Source of the DNA: a bacterium
Lineage (GTDB): Bacteria; Zhuqueibacterota; Zhuqueibacteria; Oceanimicrobiales; Oceanimicrobiaceae
Assembly: GCA_046757165.1 (NCBI GenBank)
Contig: JBHHXT010000102.1
Coordinates: forward strand, 1-16,452
Length of the DNA stretch: 16,452 bases
Direction of reading: 5' to 3'
Shown: piece after piece, positions 14,469 through 16,452 of the stretch
Position numbering within the stretch: the stretch's first letter is position 1
How the letters are laid out: each line of letters opens with the position of its first letter
Translations under genes and position numbers: made by a program
Notes under the pieces: generated by a model
What the model saw: the letters and a program-made list of their open reading frames with translations, nothing else
Told to the model about the DNA's origin: nothing
Databases searched by the model: none

Positions 14469-14497
14469 AATATACTTAATGCTGGAGAAGAAATCAA
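14469..14497 (-). promoter_or_regulatory. Putative sigma70 promoter of the spt-bCerS operon
   Basis: Minus strand TTGATT (14497-14492), 17-nt spacer, TATATT (14474-14469), about 46 nt upstream of the TTG start. Confidence 0.65.
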
Positions 14498-14530
14498 GGC
14501 AAAAAGTGCTGCCACAATCAAAACAGGGGC

Positions 14531-14559
14531 TTGATTCTTTCCTCGAATCTGGCTATTTT
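14531..14559 (+). promoter_or_regulatory. Putative sigma70 promoter for recD
   Basis: TTGATT (14531-14536), 17-nt spacer, TATTTT (14554-14559). ATG is 14 nt downstream with no SD. Confidence 0.5.
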
Positions 14560-14573
14560 GGCTCCGGTTCACC

Positions 14574-16430
14574 ATGACAGACAAGACCACTTTACATCAG
14601 AGCAAATCCATTTCTGCGCTCGATATCCACTTTGCGCGCCTGATGGCGCGACTGTCGGAATCCAAGAACGAGGCACTGTTTCTGGCCGCCGTGCTGGTCA
14701 GTAGTCAAACCCGGGCCGGCCATGTCTGCCTGGACCTGAATGACCTGTGTGATTCAACATTCCTGCGCGAGCAGTTTGGCGATGATCTCGGGTCTTTGCC
14801 GGTTACCGCACTCCAGGAGATCGAGTCGACGCTCGCCGCCGAATCGGTCGTGGTGGGGCGGCCGGGTGAATTCAAACCCCTCATCCTCGACTCTCATAAC
14901 CGACTCTATCTCAACCGCTATTGGCGCTACCAGGAGGCCCTCGCCCGGTTCATCAAGAACAGCGGGCATCTGGCGCAGAAGCATTTCGATTCTCAGGAGT
15001 TGAAAGAACGGCTGGATCGTTTCTTCGCTCCGCCGTCTGCCGGTGAAGTCGACTGGCAAAAAGTGGCGGTCATCATCGCCGTGATGAGAAAGTTCTGTGT
15101 GATCACGGGCGGCCCTGGAACAGGCAAGACGTTTACGGTCGCCAAGATTATCGCAATCTTGCTGGAGCTCAGCGGCGATGATGAGCTGCGCGTTGTTCTG
15201 GCGGCCCCGACCGGCAAGGCGGCGGTCCGGTTGCAGGAGGCGATACAAGCGGCCAAAGAGCATCTTCCGTGCACACCACATCTCAAAGCAGCGATTCCGG
15301 AAGAGGCCTCGACCCTTCACCGGCTGCTGGGCACCCGTCGCTACTCCCCCTATTTTCGTCACAATGCAGACCGTCCTCTGGAGGTGGATGTCCTCGTCGT
15401 CGACGAGGCCTCCATGGTGGATATCGCTCTCATGTCCAAGCTTGTCCAGGCGCTGCCGCCGCACGCACGACTCATTCTGCTTGGCGACAGCAACCAGCTC
15501 GCCTCCGTTGAGGCAGGTGCCGTGCTTGCAGATATCTGCCCCCAGGAGCAGGTGCACACCTTTTCAACAAGATTTGCGAGTCGCCTCGCTGAGGTTTATG
15601 GCCGGGAGCTTCCGGTCGAGACCGTGGACTCCGAAGGCGTCCACGACAGCATCGTCTTGCTGCAGAAAAGCTACCGGTTTGCGTCACAAAAGGGCATCGG
15701 CGAGATAAGCAGTGCCGTGAATGCGGGAGATGGAGCGGGTGCCCTGAACGTGCTCAAAGCGGACGATCTTCCGGATGTCTCCTTGAACAGCCTGAGCGAG
15801 GACGGGTTGAAGCGCATGGTTCTGCAGCCCTTCCAGACCCATTCTGTTCTGCATGAGCCGGCCGAGATGTTCGCGCGTTTTGCGAGATTTCGAATTCTTT
15901 GTGCCGTGCGGGAGGGGCCACAGGGTGTGAGCAGGATCAATGCGCGGATTGAGGAGTTCAACAGGAAGGAGCTGGGTGTCAAGCGCACCGAGATCTGGTA
16001 TCCGGGCCAGCCCATCCTGATCGCCCGGAACGATTACCAGATGCACCTGTTCAACGGTGACTTCGGCATCATCCTGCCGGATCCGGACGCGAATAACGAG
16101 CTGAAAGCATATTTCCCGGCAGGAGGCAATGCCTTCCGCAAGATCCGGCCGTTCAGGCTTCCGGAGCACGAGACCGCCTACGCGATGACCGTGCACAAGA
16201 GCCAGGGCTCGGAGTTCGAGCACGTGCTTTTGCTATTGCCCGCAATGGATTCACCCATCCTAACGAGAGAACTGATCTACACTGGCATCACGCGTGCTGC
16301 CAGATCCGTTGAAATTTGGGGGGATGAGGGCGTGTTCAAAGCGGCAGTTGCCAGGCGTGTGAAGCGGGCTTCCGGGTTGCGAGAGGCATTGTGGGGGGCG
16401 ACAGACTTCGCTGCGAAAAAAGTCATTTAG
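14574..16430 (+). CDS. recD: Exodeoxyribonuclease V alpha subunit (SF1B helicase)
   Basis: RecD N-terminal GHVCLDL..RLYLNRYWRYQ, DWQKVA, ITGGPGTGKT, APTGKAA, TLHRLLG, VDEASMVD, LGDSNQLASVEAG, KSYRF, NGDFG, AMTVHKSQGSEF and YTGITRA. Confidence 0.95.
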   Translation: MTDKTTLHQSKSISALDIHFARLMARLSESKNEALFLAAVLVSSQTRAGHVCLDLNDLCDSTFLREQFGDDLGSLPVTALQEIESTLAAESVVVGRPGEFKPLILDSHNRLYLNRYWRYQEALARFIKNSGHLAQKHFDSQELKERLDRFFAPPSAGEVDWQKVAVIIAVMRKFCVITGGPGTGKTFTVAKIIAILLELSGDDELRVVLAAPTGKAAVRLQEAIQAAKEHLPCTPHLKAAIPEEASTLHRLLGTRRYSPYFRHNADRPLEVDVLVVDEASMVDIALMSKLVQALPPHARLILLGDSNQLASVEAGAVLADICPQEQVHTFSTRFASRLAEVYGRELPVETVDSEGVHDSIVLLQKSYRFASQKGIGEISSAVNAGDGAGALNVLKADDLPDVSLNSLSEDGLKRMVLQPFQTHSVLHEPAEMFARFARFRILCAVREGPQGVSRINARIEEFNRKELGVKRTEIWYPGQPILIARNDYQMHLFNGDFGIILPDPDANNELKAYFPAGGNAFRKIRPFRLPEHETAYAMTVHKSQGSEFEHVLLLLPAMDSPILTRELIYTGITRAARSVEIWGDEGVFKAAVARRVKRASGLREALWGATDFAAKKVI

Positions 16431-16452
16431 CGCTTCGCGCCGTCATTTGCCC

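Noticed and set aside
14423..14590. Signal-peptide-like N-terminal extension on Spt
   Set aside because: It overlaps both divergent promoters and the recD start. TTG 14422 has a strong AAAGGAG RBS and gives the normal family length of 393 aa.

Overview
This is a chromosomal bacterial window with moderately GC-rich coding sequence and AT-rich intergenic gaps. The STAS, Spt and small hypothetical proteins resemble FCB-group or candidate-phylum (KSB1-like) sequences, which is an inference from recalled family similarity only. Genes in order: crotonase, short LeuA-family synthase, DUF5658-like membrane protein, STAS anti-anti-sigma factor (-), dinB, a sigma54-driven pair (short Wza/OPX lipoprotein plus a catalytically degenerate BY-kinase), a CslA-like GT2, trxA, a geranylgeranyl-reductase-family flavoprotein, a manC / hypothetical / PTS IIA / mini zinc-ribbon cluster, a minus-strand serine palmitoyltransferase plus GNAT (bCerS-like) operon, and recD. 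The most notable system is the spt + bCerS-like operon, which predicts sphingolipid (ceramide) synthesis and sits near GDP-mannose and GT2 genes that could glycosylate lipids. Also notable are the sigma54-controlled OPX + pseudo-BY-kinase module, a terminator/attenuator-like leader upstream of manC, a 25-bp hairpin upstream of trxA, and two kinds of short intergenic repeats. No rRNA, tRNA, CRISPR array or transposase was seen. All family calls come from motif recognition, not database searches.
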